Shown here one piece after another: positions 32,044-42,200 of a DNA stretch of 64,000 nucleotides. The notes under the pieces are model-generated. The model did no database searches, had not been told where the DNA came from, and worked only from the letters and a program-made list of their open reading frames with translations. Where the stretch lies: positions 1-64,000 of the forward strand of contig JBFWRP010000018.1 in the NCBI GenBank assembly GCA_050248855.1, given 5' to 3'. The translations under genes were made by a program, and so were the position numbers. This DNA comes from Planctomycetota bacterium. Lineage in GTDB: Bacteria > Planctomycetota > PLA2 > JAEUHO01. Within the stretch, counting starts at the first letter, position 1, and the number at the start of each line of letters is the position of its first letter.

Positions 32044-33429
32044 ATGGCTCCGTGGACGGGAAAGCTCTTGCTGATGGGCCTGTTGGTGATCGCGCCGCTC
32101 GGCGCGTTGGCGTTGGCCAAGGACGACGGACCCAAGGAGGTCGAGCCCGCGGCCGACGGCAAGGACGAGATGCTCGCCTGGAAGACCAAGGACGGGCTCG
32201 AGTACTACTACCGCCTGCCGCGTGAGTGCCGCGACCAGAAACCCTGGACGATGACCGTCATCCTCCACGGCAGCAACCTCGACAAGCGCTGGGGCTTCGC
32301 CAACCACTCGTGGAAGGAGTTCCGCCCCCACGACCTCGTGGTCTCGCCGGATGGCACCACGCCCAACGGCAACGGAGGCTTCAACTCGCTCGGCGAGGCG
32401 AAGGACGTCAAGCGTGTCGAGGCGCTGATCGAGGAGATCAAGAAGGTGCTCCCGGTCGAGCGCGTGCTCCTCTACGGCCACAGCCAAGGCTCGTTCTTCG
32501 CGCTTCACTACGCCGGCGCCAAGCCCGACGACGTCCAGGGCGTCGTAGCCCACGCGAGCGGCCTCTGGACATGGACGCAGACGGGCCCCAAGAGCCACGA
32601 CCAGGCCATCTGCTTCATGCACGGCACGCGCGATCCCGTCGTGCCGTACGGCCAGAGCCTGGGCGGCTACGAGGCGCTGCAGAAGGCACGCTACCCCACG
32701 GTGCGCATGCGCAGCCTCGAAGGCTGGAACCACTGGCCCGCCGAACACAACGGCCCCGTCCCCCACACCTCGCAGCAGCTGGCGTGGTGCGACGCCATGA
32801 CCAGCACCGACCCGGACCGCCTGCAGCGCAGCCTGGAGACGCTCGCCAACGTGAAGGACCCGGGCCAGCACGACTTCGCCGGCCTCTGGAGCGCAGCCTC
32901 GCGCATCGCCACCCTCGACGACGTCCCCGAGGCGTTGCGCACGAAGGCCGCCGACCTCAAGGCCAAGGTCGAAGCGCTGGCCAAGAAGCACGTCGAAGCC
33001 ATGGGCGAGATCCCCGACGACCTCGCGCCTGACGGCAAGGGCTGGATGGGCCACCTCGGCCTGTTCCTGCGCCACTTCGAAGATGTGCCCGCCTGCGCCG
33101 AGCTTCGCGAGCGCTTCGCCAAGGTCCTCGAGGCCCGCGACAAGAAGCTCGGCAAGGCCTGGAGCGACTGGTGGAAAGCGCGCAAGGCGGGGGACGCCGC
33201 CGACGGCTTCGACGCGGGGCTCACGATCCTCGGCGAGGGCTTCCTCACCGTCGCCGGCACCGACCCCGACATCACCAAGGCCATGGACGCCTGGGCCGAC
33301 GACCCCAAGGGCAACAAGCTCTCGCGCAAGTCGACCAAGGCCTGGAAGGATCTCTCCAAAGCCCTCGAGAAGGGACTGAAGGACGCGTGGAAGGACTTCG
33401 AGAAGGTCAACGGCCGCTTCGGCGACTGA
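32044..33429 (+). CDS. secreted alpha/beta hydrolase with a helical C-terminal extension
   Basis: Signal peptide, LHG, GHSQG, HGTRDPVV, WNH; RBS GGAGG. Confidence 0.85.
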   Translation: MAPWTGKLLLMGLLVIAPLGALALAKDDGPKEVEPAADGKDEMLAWKTKDGLEYYYRLPRECRDQKPWTMTVILHGSNLDKRWGFANHSWKEFRPHDLVVSPDGTTPNGNGGFNSLGEAKDVKRVEALIEEIKKVLPVERVLLYGHSQGSFFALHYAGAKPDDVQGVVAHASGLWTWTQTGPKSHDQAICFMHGTRDPVVPYGQSLGGYEALQKARYPTVRMRSLEGWNHWPAEHNGPVPHTSQQLAWCDAMTSTDPDRLQRSLETLANVKDPGQHDFAGLWSAASRIATLDDVPEALRTKAADLKAKVEALAKKHVEAMGEIPDDLAPDGKGWMGHLGLFLRHFEDVPACAELRERFAKVLEARDKKLGKAWSDWWKARKAGDAADGFDAGLTILGEGFLTVAGTDPDITKAMDAWADDPKGNKLSRKSTKAWKDLSKALEKGLKDAWKDFEKVNGRFGD

Positions 33430-36215
33430 TGGTCCAGCGCACGATCCTGCTGCTCGTCGTCGTGGCACTCGGGTGGGCCCTCGCCCCGTCCTCGGCGGCC
33501 GCCGAGGAGGGTGTGGTGTTCGAGGGTGTCGTCGTGGTCGGCGACTCGCAGGAGCCCGCGCGGCGGGGAAGCATCGACCTCACTCGCACGGATCCGGCCC
33601 GCCCCCGGAGGGTCGTAGGCGTTCCGATCGGCAAGGACGGCCGCTTCCGTGCCGAGGGGCTCGAGCCGGGAGAGTGGTCCGGGTTCGTGTTCGTGCCCTA
33701 CGCACCGTGGCCCTACACGATCGTCGCTTCGGAATCGTCAGCGATCACCAGCTCGGGGAGCCTGCTCACGCTCAAGCTCGACAAGGGTGACAGTGTGATC
33801 GCCGCTCGACTGGCCCTCTTGCCGCCGAAGGTGCTCCGGGGCACCGTCCTTGATGTCGACGGCAAGCCCCTGCCCGAGGCGCAGATCGAGGTCGCTTGGG
33901 ACGACGCGCTCTCCAACCCTGCTGCCATCGAGACCGATGAGAATGGCTTCTTCGAAGTCCTCGTGCCGACACGCCAACCGTTCCGGGGTGTCGTGTCGGT
34001 CATCGTCGAGCGACACACGGCACCGCGCGTCACGTTCGACGGCGGCAATCGCTCGCGGCTCCCCGATGACTTGGTCATCCGACTCTCGCCAGGCGCGACG
34101 GTCCGGGGCGCGCTACGGTTCCCCGACGGCGAGCCCGTGGTCGGAGCCGAGGTGCGCTTGGAGCCGCGAGGCGATCGCAAGCGCATGGCGACGCACGCGG
34201 TGAAGGACACCACAACGGATGCGGCAGGTCGCTTCGAGGTCACGGGTGTCCCGACCGGCGAGTGGCAGGTCTCGGTCTCGAGCCCTGCCGAGGCCTTCGA
34301 GAAGGACTCCGTCACGGTCCGGGTCCCGACACGCGGCAATCCTGAGTCGATCGAGCTGATCGTCGACCGGGTGCATCGGGGTGCGTTCCGGCTCCGGACA
34401 CCCGACGGCGCGCCACTTGTGGGGACCACCGTCGAGCTGGCGAGAACGACCTGGGCGGGAACCGAGACCTCCGGCCTGCCAGGCACCTCGGACGATGCTG
34501 GTGCCGTGGTCCTCACCGCCAGCATGCGGGGGCCCTGGTCGCTTCACCGGCTCAGCCAAACGCGTGATCGGGACGTCTTGGTCGATTCCCTCACGCTCCC
34601 GGTCACCGACTTGGAGGTCATCGCGCCAGCCCTGCCACGGAATGAGCTGCAGGTCCGCGCGCTGCTTCCGAGTGGAGTGCCCCTCCAGGCCTTCCGCGTG
34701 GAGGTCACGTGGAAGGACGTCTCTCCGAGCGGTTCGTGGAGGACGCGCAGTCTCGCCGCCGCGCGGACAGACGCTGGACTGGCCCGGGTGAGCTTCACGG
34801 GAGCACAGGTCGTCGACGTCGCTGTGATACCCGATCCGGAGCACGTCGAGCCCGACGTCCGGACCAAGTCCGTACGTTGGGACGCCACGAGCACCCCCGA
34901 GCTGGTCGTGCAGCTAGAGCCAACCTCCTTCGGCGGAAGCGTGCACGACGAGGACGGCCAGCCCCTGTCGGGATGGCAGGTCCTGCTACGTCCGGAGCGC
35001 GGTGCCAGGGGCCGCCTGCTAGCCGAGGTGCTGACGCGCGAGGATGGCACGTTCGCGTTCGATCCAGAACGCGTCCCGCGCCGCACGCCCTACGTCCAGG
35101 TGATTTCGCCGGAGGGATATCAACCGCTTCGCCCGATGCTCCTGGAGGCCTCCGGCTTGCCGCTGCGATTCGTCGCGCGCAAGGGAAGGCGTCTCGAAGG
35201 CCGACTCGTCATCGAGGGGACCGACGTGGATCCATCCTCCTTGAATGCGTCACTGCGCTGGGACGTGTCGACGAGCGAGTGGGAGTCGATGCTGCTCTAC
35301 CCGTCGGCCCCGCTCGACGTGAGTCCCGACGGGACCTTCCGGGCGGAGGGGATTCCGACGGACCGAGACTTGTGGATTGATATCGTTCAGCCCGGTTCCG
35401 ACATCAGGCTGCAGCATGCCTTGGGGGCGCGCGCGGCCAGGGACCCGCTCGTCGTCACCATCGGCCCGTTGGGGAGCTTCGCAGGCAGGGTCGACCTGGC
35501 GGGCACGCCAGACGAGGAGTCCCGCCTCGAGCTGATCAAGCTGGACGACTTGGCACCGGAGCGGCGCGTATCGACCAAGGAGTCGGGTGAGTTCCGCGTC
35601 CCCTATGTCTCACCGGGACGCTACGAGCTGGAGCTCACGAGGTGGGCGCGCGGCGGAAGCAACTTCGACCGCCTCCCCATCAGCGTCGGGGACACGTCGA
35701 TTCACTGGCTGCCACCCAAGCTGGACCGGCTGTTGATCTCGACGCCGTTGCCCCAGGAGCACTTGCTCCTCGTGGGCTTCCAGCGAGATCCGCTCGTGAA
35801 GCGCCTGGTCGCAACGTATCCGGCCGAGGGGCCGCTGCGCGCCCGCGGACCCAGGGACACGCCCCTCGATCTGACCCTGACCTCCGTCACCCCAGGCAGC
35901 TCCTGGGTGGCGTACGCCAAGGGCGTACGCGCCGGACATCCCGTCAGCCTCACGGTGGGGACGGGGAGGAATCTGCGCGTCCGAGCCCGCGTTCCGTGGA
36001 GCCACCTCGAGGGCAGCCACTACTTGTCCGCTCGAGGCTCACCGGGCGTCTGGCCTCTTCTTGGAACCGCTGGAGACGGCTACGACACCCTGGTCCCCGA
36101 CGGCACCTACGACATCGTCCTCTTCGCTCCGAATGGCGCATCGCGGGTTGTCCGCCGCGACGTGCGACCCGGAGGCGAGCCCATCGACCTCGGTGACTTG
36201 GAGCCGATCAAGTAG
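33429..36215 (+). CDS. exported carboxypeptidase-regulatory-like repeat protein, array copy 1
   Basis: TGATG coupling to the hydrolase; signal peptide; repeated TD..G.F modules; conserved C-terminal GTYDIV motif. Confidence 0.8.
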   Translation: MVQRTILLLVVVALGWALAPSSAAAEEGVVFEGVVVVGDSQEPARRGSIDLTRTDPARPRRVVGVPIGKDGRFRAEGLEPGEWSGFVFVPYAPWPYTIVASESSAITSSGSLLTLKLDKGDSVIAARLALLPPKVLRGTVLDVDGKPLPEAQIEVAWDDALSNPAAIETDENGFFEVLVPTRQPFRGVVSVIVERHTAPRVTFDGGNRSRLPDDLVIRLSPGATVRGALRFPDGEPVVGAEVRLEPRGDRKRMATHAVKDTTTDAAGRFEVTGVPTGEWQVSVSSPAEAFEKDSVTVRVPTRGNPESIELIVDRVHRGAFRLRTPDGAPLVGTTVELARTTWAGTETSGLPGTSDDAGAVVLTASMRGPWSLHRLSQTRDRDVLVDSLTLPVTDLEVIAPALPRNELQVRALLPSGVPLQAFRVEVTWKDVSPSGSWRTRSLAAARTDAGLARVSFTGAQVVDVAVIPDPEHVEPDVRTKSVRWDATSTPELVVQLEPTSFGGSVHDEDGQPLSGWQVLLRPERGARGRLLAEVLTREDGTFAFDPERVPRRTPYVQVISPEGYQPLRPMLLEASGLPLRFVARKGRRLEGRLVIEGTDVDPSSLNASLRWDVSTSEWESMLLYPSAPLDVSPDGTFRAEGIPTDRDLWIDIVQPGSDIRLQHALGARAARDPLVVTIGPLGSFAGRVDLAGTPDEESRLELIKLDDLAPERRVSTKESGEFRVPYVSPGRYELELTRWARGGSNFDRLPISVGDTSIHWLPPKLDRLLISTPLPQEHLLLVGFQRDPLVKRLVATYPAEGPLRARGPRDTPLDLTLTSVTPGSSWVAYAKGVRAGHPVSLTVGTGRNLRVRARVPWSHLEGSHYLSARGSPGVWPLLGTAGDGYDTLVPDGTYDIVLFAPNGASRVVRRDVRPGGEPIDLGDLEPIK

Positions 36216-36328
36216 CTTGACGTCACGCGAGCTGCCGCTGGGAGAGTCGTTCAGCCCCGGCATCGGCGCCCGAGCAGGCCGGTTGCCGGGCTACACTGCC
36301 CGCGGCCATTGCCGGCTGGAGCGAAGGC

Positions 36329-39142
36329 ATGGGCTTGCATCGACAACGTCGATACTTCGTGAGAGTCGCCCTGCTTGCAGGGCTCTTGGCCACGACGATC
36401 CTGTGCGTGAATCTGCCGCTTCAGGCGGCAGATGACGACATCGCCATCGAGGGCGTCGTACGCGATGCGTGGACAGGCCGCGGCATCCCCCACGCCGCGC
36501 TGCGCTTCGCGCCAGCAGACTCCGATGTCGGCATCGAATCCATCCTCACGAAGTGTGGTGAGACGGGTCGCTTCCGCATGGATGGGTTCTCCCCGGGCAC
36601 GTGGCACGCCCACGTAGAGGCCGAGGGCTATCTGGCGGGCGGCCCAGCGGAAGAAGGGGCGGACGACGGGCGCGTGTGGTCGTTCACGATCGGCGCGTCC
36701 CCAGACGCCGAGGCGCCCCGCCTCGCACTCTGGCTCGTTCCTGAGCACACGCAGGTCCAGGGTCGCGTTGCCAACGAGGACGGCGATCCTGTTGCCAACG
36801 CCACCGTGCTCGTTCGCTGGTCCAGCGAGCGGGCCGTCGAGGAGGTGCACACCGATGACCAGGGTGCGTTCGCTGTGACTGCACCACCCACGCCTGCGTG
36901 GGCCGCAGACTGGGCGGCTCTTGCACCTGGCTACGTGGGCCCGTGGACGCATGTTGCCGTAGGTCCCGATAACCCCCTACCGGATCGGATCGACCTCGAG
37001 CTCGTCCGGGCAGCGACGGTTCGGGGAACGCTGCACTTCCCCGACGGTGCCCCCTCTCCGGGACGCCACGTGACGCTCGGATCTCGTGCGCGCGCCGCCG
37101 GCCAGACGCCTCGCCACGGACGCGTCTTCGACACCACGGATGCGAACGGAGCGTTCGAGCTCCACGGCGTCCCTCCGGGGCGCTGGCGTCTCGACATCCT
37201 CAAGGGCGAGGGCGGCACGTTCGTCATGGAGTCGGTGGAGCTGGACGTACAAGCCAACGCAACGAGGCCCGTCAGACTCACCGACCGTCAGACCTACCGC
37301 CTCGAGGTCAGACTCCAGGACGAAGCCGGCGCTCCCCTTCCGGACGAGCAGATCGTCCTGGTCTGCCGCTGGATGGATGGCCATCACGACACGTCGCATG
37401 GCGTGACGGACCGCGATGGCGTGGCAAGCCTGACCGCCCGCGTTCGGGGCCCCTACGAGATTGTCCAGCTCGCGGACACGGGTGAACCCCGCGTGCTGGC
37501 GCGCAACGTGATGCTGCCGAGGGATGCCATCGACCTCATCACGACGGCCTCCGTCAGGACGCGCACGACCCTGTCTCTCGTCGACGCCGACGGGGTGCCC
37601 GTCAAGCGATTCTCCGTAGTGCTCTTCGACGTGAAGGAGAGGTCGCGCACCGCTGAGCGGCTCCCGCGAGCAGATCTCCTCGAAGGCACAACCGAAGTTG
37701 GACGCCAGGTGGTCACCTTCACCGGCCCCGGCCCCGTGCGCGCAGGCATCACGTCGCGGGAAGCAGGGCCCTACGAACCGCCGGAACGCGCTTACGTCGA
37801 CTTGGACTCCAAGAGCCCCGCGGCCGTGGTGGCTCGCCTCTCGCCCCCCACCACGTCACCTGCACTAGAGCTCGTTGGGCACGTCGTCGACGAGTCGGGG
37901 AAGCGGGTCGAGGGGGTCCGCGTCGAGCTAGTTGGCGATCCAATGATTCGGTCAGCGAAGCTCGCCGTGACTACGTCCGACGCCGAGGGGCGCTTCGTGT
38001 TTGCATCCGACGTGGTCCCACCTGACCACGCGTTCGTGCGGGCCGACTTCGCGGGTCCATGGCTGCCCATGCGCGTGCTTGACGCCAGCGAGCTTCCCAA
38101 GCCTCTCACGCTGCTGGCGCGCCGCGGCGGGTCGCTCGGCGGACGACTCACCGCAGACTGGCTGGAGAGCTTCCCGGACGGAGCCCGTGTCGATGCGCGC
38201 TGGGACTTGCGAGAGGGCGAGTGGGAGCTTGGGCTCGTGGGTTGGCGAGAGGGCGTCGTGGGGAGCGACGGCACGTTCACGCTCGACGGTGTGCCGACGG
38301 ATCGCGCTATCCAGATCCGCGTGGCGGAGGAGACGTGGCAGGCGATCGGCGCTGCGGACTCGCGCGCCTACACAACTGCCCGAGCAGGCGAGCAGGATGT
38401 ACGGCTCTGCCTCCAGCAAGCTCTCTCGCTCGCGGGGACCGTGGTGGGCATCGGCGGGTGCGACATCCATGCCGTGGCTCTCGACACCAACGAGGACTGT
38501 CGGCGGATCCACGTCCAAGAGGATGGGACGTTCCAGGTCACGGGCCTCACGCCCGGTCGATGGGAGCTCCAGATCGGCTACCCCGGGCTCCTACGACATG
38601 TGGTCATGGCAGGACAGACGGACGTTGAATGGACGCCCCCCGACGTAGCCTTCCTCGACCTGACCACCAAGCTCCCGGACGAGCCGCTGTTGTTCTGGTC
38701 CACGCTCGAAGGCGAGACGCGCCTCGCCGCCGAGATGGAGCGGGCAGTTGACGCGCCCCCCCGCATTCCGGTTGCGCCCGGGAGCGTGGTGCATGTGACG
38801 GCAAGCGCGCTGGAGCCCGCGAGCCGTTGGGTCGCATGGGCCCGCGGCGCGCGCTCCGGGGAGCCATTCGAGCTGCACGTGGAGCAAGGCGAGCTGCTTC
38901 GCGTGCGTGCGGACATGGTGTACGCCAGCTACGACGAGCCGCCGGACGACTTGGTCATGCGATCCTCCCGTGGCGCGTGGCGCCGCCGCATCAAAGAGCG
39001 AGGCACGCACGAGTTCCTCGTCCCCGCCGGCACCTACGACGTGGTTTCCGTCTCCAAGAATGGCTCCGAGCGCGTCTTGGCCCGCGACGTCCGCCCCGGC
39101 GGCGACGTGATCGAGCTGGGGCGCCTCGAGCCCATCCGGTAG
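36329..39142 (+). CDS. exported carboxypeptidase-regulatory-like repeat protein, array copy 2
   Basis: Colinear with copy 1 (ATVRG.L.FPDG, C-terminal RDVRPGG...LG.LEPI). Confidence 0.8.
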   Translation: MGLHRQRRYFVRVALLAGLLATTILCVNLPLQAADDDIAIEGVVRDAWTGRGIPHAALRFAPADSDVGIESILTKCGETGRFRMDGFSPGTWHAHVEAEGYLAGGPAEEGADDGRVWSFTIGASPDAEAPRLALWLVPEHTQVQGRVANEDGDPVANATVLVRWSSERAVEEVHTDDQGAFAVTAPPTPAWAADWAALAPGYVGPWTHVAVGPDNPLPDRIDLELVRAATVRGTLHFPDGAPSPGRHVTLGSRARAAGQTPRHGRVFDTTDANGAFELHGVPPGRWRLDILKGEGGTFVMESVELDVQANATRPVRLTDRQTYRLEVRLQDEAGAPLPDEQIVLVCRWMDGHHDTSHGVTDRDGVASLTARVRGPYEIVQLADTGEPRVLARNVMLPRDAIDLITTASVRTRTTLSLVDADGVPVKRFSVVLFDVKERSRTAERLPRADLLEGTTEVGRQVVTFTGPGPVRAGITSREAGPYEPPERAYVDLDSKSPAAVVARLSPPTTSPALELVGHVVDESGKRVEGVRVELVGDPMIRSAKLAVTTSDAEGRFVFASDVVPPDHAFVRADFAGPWLPMRVLDASELPKPLTLLARRGGSLGGRLTADWLESFPDGARVDARWDLREGEWELGLVGWREGVVGSDGTFTLDGVPTDRAIQIRVAEETWQAIGAADSRAYTTARAGEQDVRLCLQQALSLAGTVVGIGGCDIHAVALDTNEDCRRIHVQEDGTFQVTGLTPGRWELQIGYPGLLRHVVMAGQTDVEWTPPDVAFLDLTTKLPDEPLLFWSTLEGETRLAAEMERAVDAPPRIPVAPGSVVHVTASALEPASRWVAWARGARSGEPFELHVEQGELLRVRADMVYASYDEPPDDLVMRSSRGAWRRRIKERGTHEFLVPAGTYDVVSVSKNGSERVLARDVRPGGDVIELGRLEPIR

Positions 39143-39252
39143 GGGCGACGGTCACACCGGGGGACGGTGTGCAAGTCGAAGCTGCGCGGCGCAAACGGCC
39201 CACGTCCTCGTACGCTGGGTGCTTGGCTCGACGGCGTGCCGGGGAAGCATCC

Positions 39253-42141
39253 ATGCTTCGATTGCTCGGTCGACTGGCTCTCGCGGCGATCCTTGGCACG
39301 ACCTTGTCGTGGGCCGCCCACGCGACCCTGGGGATCGACGTGCTCCCTTCGTGCGCGGCCGAGGAACCGTCCGCCCCCGCGGCCCCGGACCTCCTGGAGG
39401 TGTCACCCCCGGCTCCGACGCTCCATCCCCCTCCGCGCGTGGGCGTCGACACGACACACGCGCCGGCCTCTCCGGGCTCGCTGTCCGGTCGCATCGTGGA
39501 CGACAAGACCGGTGAGCCGATCGAGGGGGCCCTTGTACGCGCGTGGGCTTGGCGGCGCGCCTGGCCCGATGTTTCGGTCCGTACGGATGCGGAGGGTCGC
39601 TACGAGATCTCCGCGCCGCCCCGGGGCATGGGGCCCCTGACGGTTTGGCATCCGAGGTACGCCGGGGAGTCGCTCCGCTACTGGCACAGGGACTTCGGCG
39701 AGACACGTCTTCGGCACGGCCTGCCCCTCTACGGCGTTGTCCTGGCACCGGACGGCTCTCCGGCGGCAGGCGCACGCGTCCTCTTGGCGTGGTCGGCGTG
39801 GGCCGACGGCGCTCGTGCTCATGTGGGCTCGTGGATCGACGATGTGGCCGTCACCGCGGACGGCCGGGGTCGCTTCCGCTTGGGTTGCGTGCCCCCTGGA
39901 GCCGGCGATCTTCTTCTTGGTGCGATTCGGGGTAGCGAGATCAGTCGCTGGACCGCGCTGCCGACTGGCCCTCCACACAACGAGACGCCCGTCGTGATCC
40001 AGCTCGTGGCCAGCACGTCCGTGCGTGGCCGCGTGCTCCGAGAGGACGGAAGCGCGTCTCCCCACACCGTCGTCGAGGCCTTCGTACCGCCATCGTCGTG
40101 GACGATGGGGCCGTCAGGTCGCGTCGATTCCACGCAGAGCCAGACCGACGCGCACGGTGTCTACGAGCTGGTCGGCCTGCCGCCCATCGCGATCGAGATC
40201 GAGGCGCGTACCGACACGCCGATCCGGCTCCAGACAACCCGGTGGTTCGTGGAGGGCACGCCCGCCGACAACCGCGAGGACCACACGCTCACGCTGCCGT
40301 ACCGCCATCGTCTGGACGTCGTGCTCCACGACGAAGCAGGGGCGCCCCTGGCCGACGAAGGCGTCGTGGTCCTGCGGACGGGCGACGAGGGCGTGCCGCC
40401 CCTCGCCGTGGGGCAAACCGACGCTGCGGGTGTCGCATCCCTGATCGTGCACCGCCCGGGGCCGTGGACCGTGCTCCGTGCGCGACCGGACGGCAACGAC
40501 GTGCTCGTCCAAGGCCTCGCGCCCGACGCCACACGCTTCGAGGCGCGCCTCCCCCCGACACTCCGTCGCGCGCTGGAGCTGCAGCTCAAGCGAGAAGAAG
40601 CCATACCGCCGGCGTACGCCGCCGTCGAGGTGTGGACGCCCGGCGCCGACCTGACGCTCGCCGCGGCCTACGTCGTGCGAGGCACGACCGACGCCGAGGG
40701 CCGTGTAACGGTCCGGGTGCCCTCCGAGGGACCTTGGGACGTACGCGTGCTCGCTGCGTCCGCGCACATGGACCAGGGTCCTCCACATGAGGGGCGGCTC
40801 GAGCGTCGGCCCGCAGATGGCGGCGTCGCCTCCGTGGAGCTCACCCACGGGCGGACGGTGCGTGGCCTGCTGCTCCACCACGACGGCACACCCTGCGCCC
40901 GTGCCCACGTCGAGCTGCGGTCGCACGGCGTCAACCGACCGAGCGTTGGTGCGCGGACGGACGACGCGGGAGCCTTCACGGCCACGTTCGTGTCCACGCT
41001 TCGCGGGCAGCTGGACCTGTTCGTCCAGCTGCCGGGGCAGGCCCACCACCACCTGGTCCACGCCCTGGGCGCGCCGGGGCCCTATCACCGGCTGCACCTG
41101 CCGCCCCTCGTCACACTGGCTGGGCAGGTACGAGCCTCCGGCGGCGCTCCGCTCGACGACCTGCCACGCCTCGTGGTGCGCGCCTCCACCGAAGCAGACT
41201 CGGCGGCGTGGCGCATGGTGCCGGTGGAGACGCCGACGGACGTCCACGGGAGGTATCGCCTCGAGGGCGTGCCCGCGGGCCTTGCGGTCACCGTCGACGT
41301 TCCGGACAGCACGTTCAACCCCTCGTCCTGGGCTGCGGTACGCCCCGCAGTGGAGCTCGTGGCCGACGCGCCCTCCCGCCTCGTCGAGATCGAGCCCAGA
41401 CATGTCCTTTCCGGCCACGTCTCCATGCTCGATCGCTGCCAAGAGGACCGGGTCTACGTCAGCTCGTACGTGGCGCGCGCCATCCCCTTGCGTCCCGATG
41501 CCCTGCCTCGATTGGCCAGGATGAACGAGGAGTGGCACTTCGAGATCGCGCAGCTCCCGCCCGGTCCGCAGCGTGTGGAGCTCCGCGCGGTCGGAGATCC
41601 CGGCTGGAGCCTGCTGGCAGCGTCCGAGGTGGGCGCCGCGGCCTCATCGGTGCGCCTGGAGATGCCCACGACGAAGCAGCTTCTCGTTTCGCTTCCGCGT
41701 GATGACGATGATCGGTACGTGCAGCTCTCCGTGTTCAAGGCGGGAACGTCGGAGCTCGTCGCGAGGTTCGCGACGCAGAACGAGTCCGTCCTCTTTCCCG
41801 TGCCCGACGGGACGTACGACATCGCCGCGCAGACGTGGGAGCGCTGCGGCTTCCAACAACGTGTGGAGGGCAGCCACACGGTCCTCGCGCTGCAGTCCGG
41901 CGCGCCGATCTCCATCCGTCGCCGTGGCAGTGCCGCACCGACGTGGGACGGCGAGGAGGTACGCGTCGTCGCACGCGGCCCCAACGGAACGTGGCCGCTC
42001 CAACCCCATGGAGATGGTATCCGAGGTGGGGTCCTGCCGGGCACCTACGACATCGTGGAGGTCTTCCCTGGGCAACCGGAACGGGTCTTGGCACGCGGCG
42101 TGGAGGCAGGCTCGTTCCTCCTCGACCTCGAGGTGAAGTAA
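39253..42141 (+). CDS. carboxypeptidase-regulatory-like repeat protein, array copy 3
   Basis: Hydrophobic N-terminus, GRIVDDKTGEPI, TDAEGRY, WHP.Y, C-terminal PGTYDIV. Confidence 0.8.
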   Translation: MLRLLGRLALAAILGTTLSWAAHATLGIDVLPSCAAEEPSAPAAPDLLEVSPPAPTLHPPPRVGVDTTHAPASPGSLSGRIVDDKTGEPIEGALVRAWAWRRAWPDVSVRTDAEGRYEISAPPRGMGPLTVWHPRYAGESLRYWHRDFGETRLRHGLPLYGVVLAPDGSPAAGARVLLAWSAWADGARAHVGSWIDDVAVTADGRGRFRLGCVPPGAGDLLLGAIRGSEISRWTALPTGPPHNETPVVIQLVASTSVRGRVLREDGSASPHTVVEAFVPPSSWTMGPSGRVDSTQSQTDAHGVYELVGLPPIAIEIEARTDTPIRLQTTRWFVEGTPADNREDHTLTLPYRHRLDVVLHDEAGAPLADEGVVVLRTGDEGVPPLAVGQTDAAGVASLIVHRPGPWTVLRARPDGNDVLVQGLAPDATRFEARLPPTLRRALELQLKREEAIPPAYAAVEVWTPGADLTLAAAYVVRGTTDAEGRVTVRVPSEGPWDVRVLAASAHMDQGPPHEGRLERRPADGGVASVELTHGRTVRGLLLHHDGTPCARAHVELRSHGVNRPSVGARTDDAGAFTATFVSTLRGQLDLFVQLPGQAHHHLVHALGAPGPYHRLHLPPLVTLAGQVRASGGAPLDDLPRLVVRASTEADSAAWRMVPVETPTDVHGRYRLEGVPAGLAVTVDVPDSTFNPSSWAAVRPAVELVADAPSRLVEIEPRHVLSGHVSMLDRCQEDRVYVSSYVARAIPLRPDALPRLARMNEEWHFEIAQLPPGPQRVELRAVGDPGWSLLAASEVGAAASSVRLEMPTTKQLLVSLPRDDDDRYVQLSVFKAGTSELVARFATQNESVLFPVPDGTYDIAAQTWERCGFQQRVEGSHTVLALQSGAPISIRRRGSAAPTWDGEEVRVVARGPNGTWPLQPHGDGIRGGVLPGTYDIVEVFPGQPERVLARGVEAGSFLLDLEVK

Positions 42142-42200
42142 CGGATGGCGTCGTGCTCCGGATCGATCGCACGCGGCACGCCATCCCGTAGGCAGGCTCC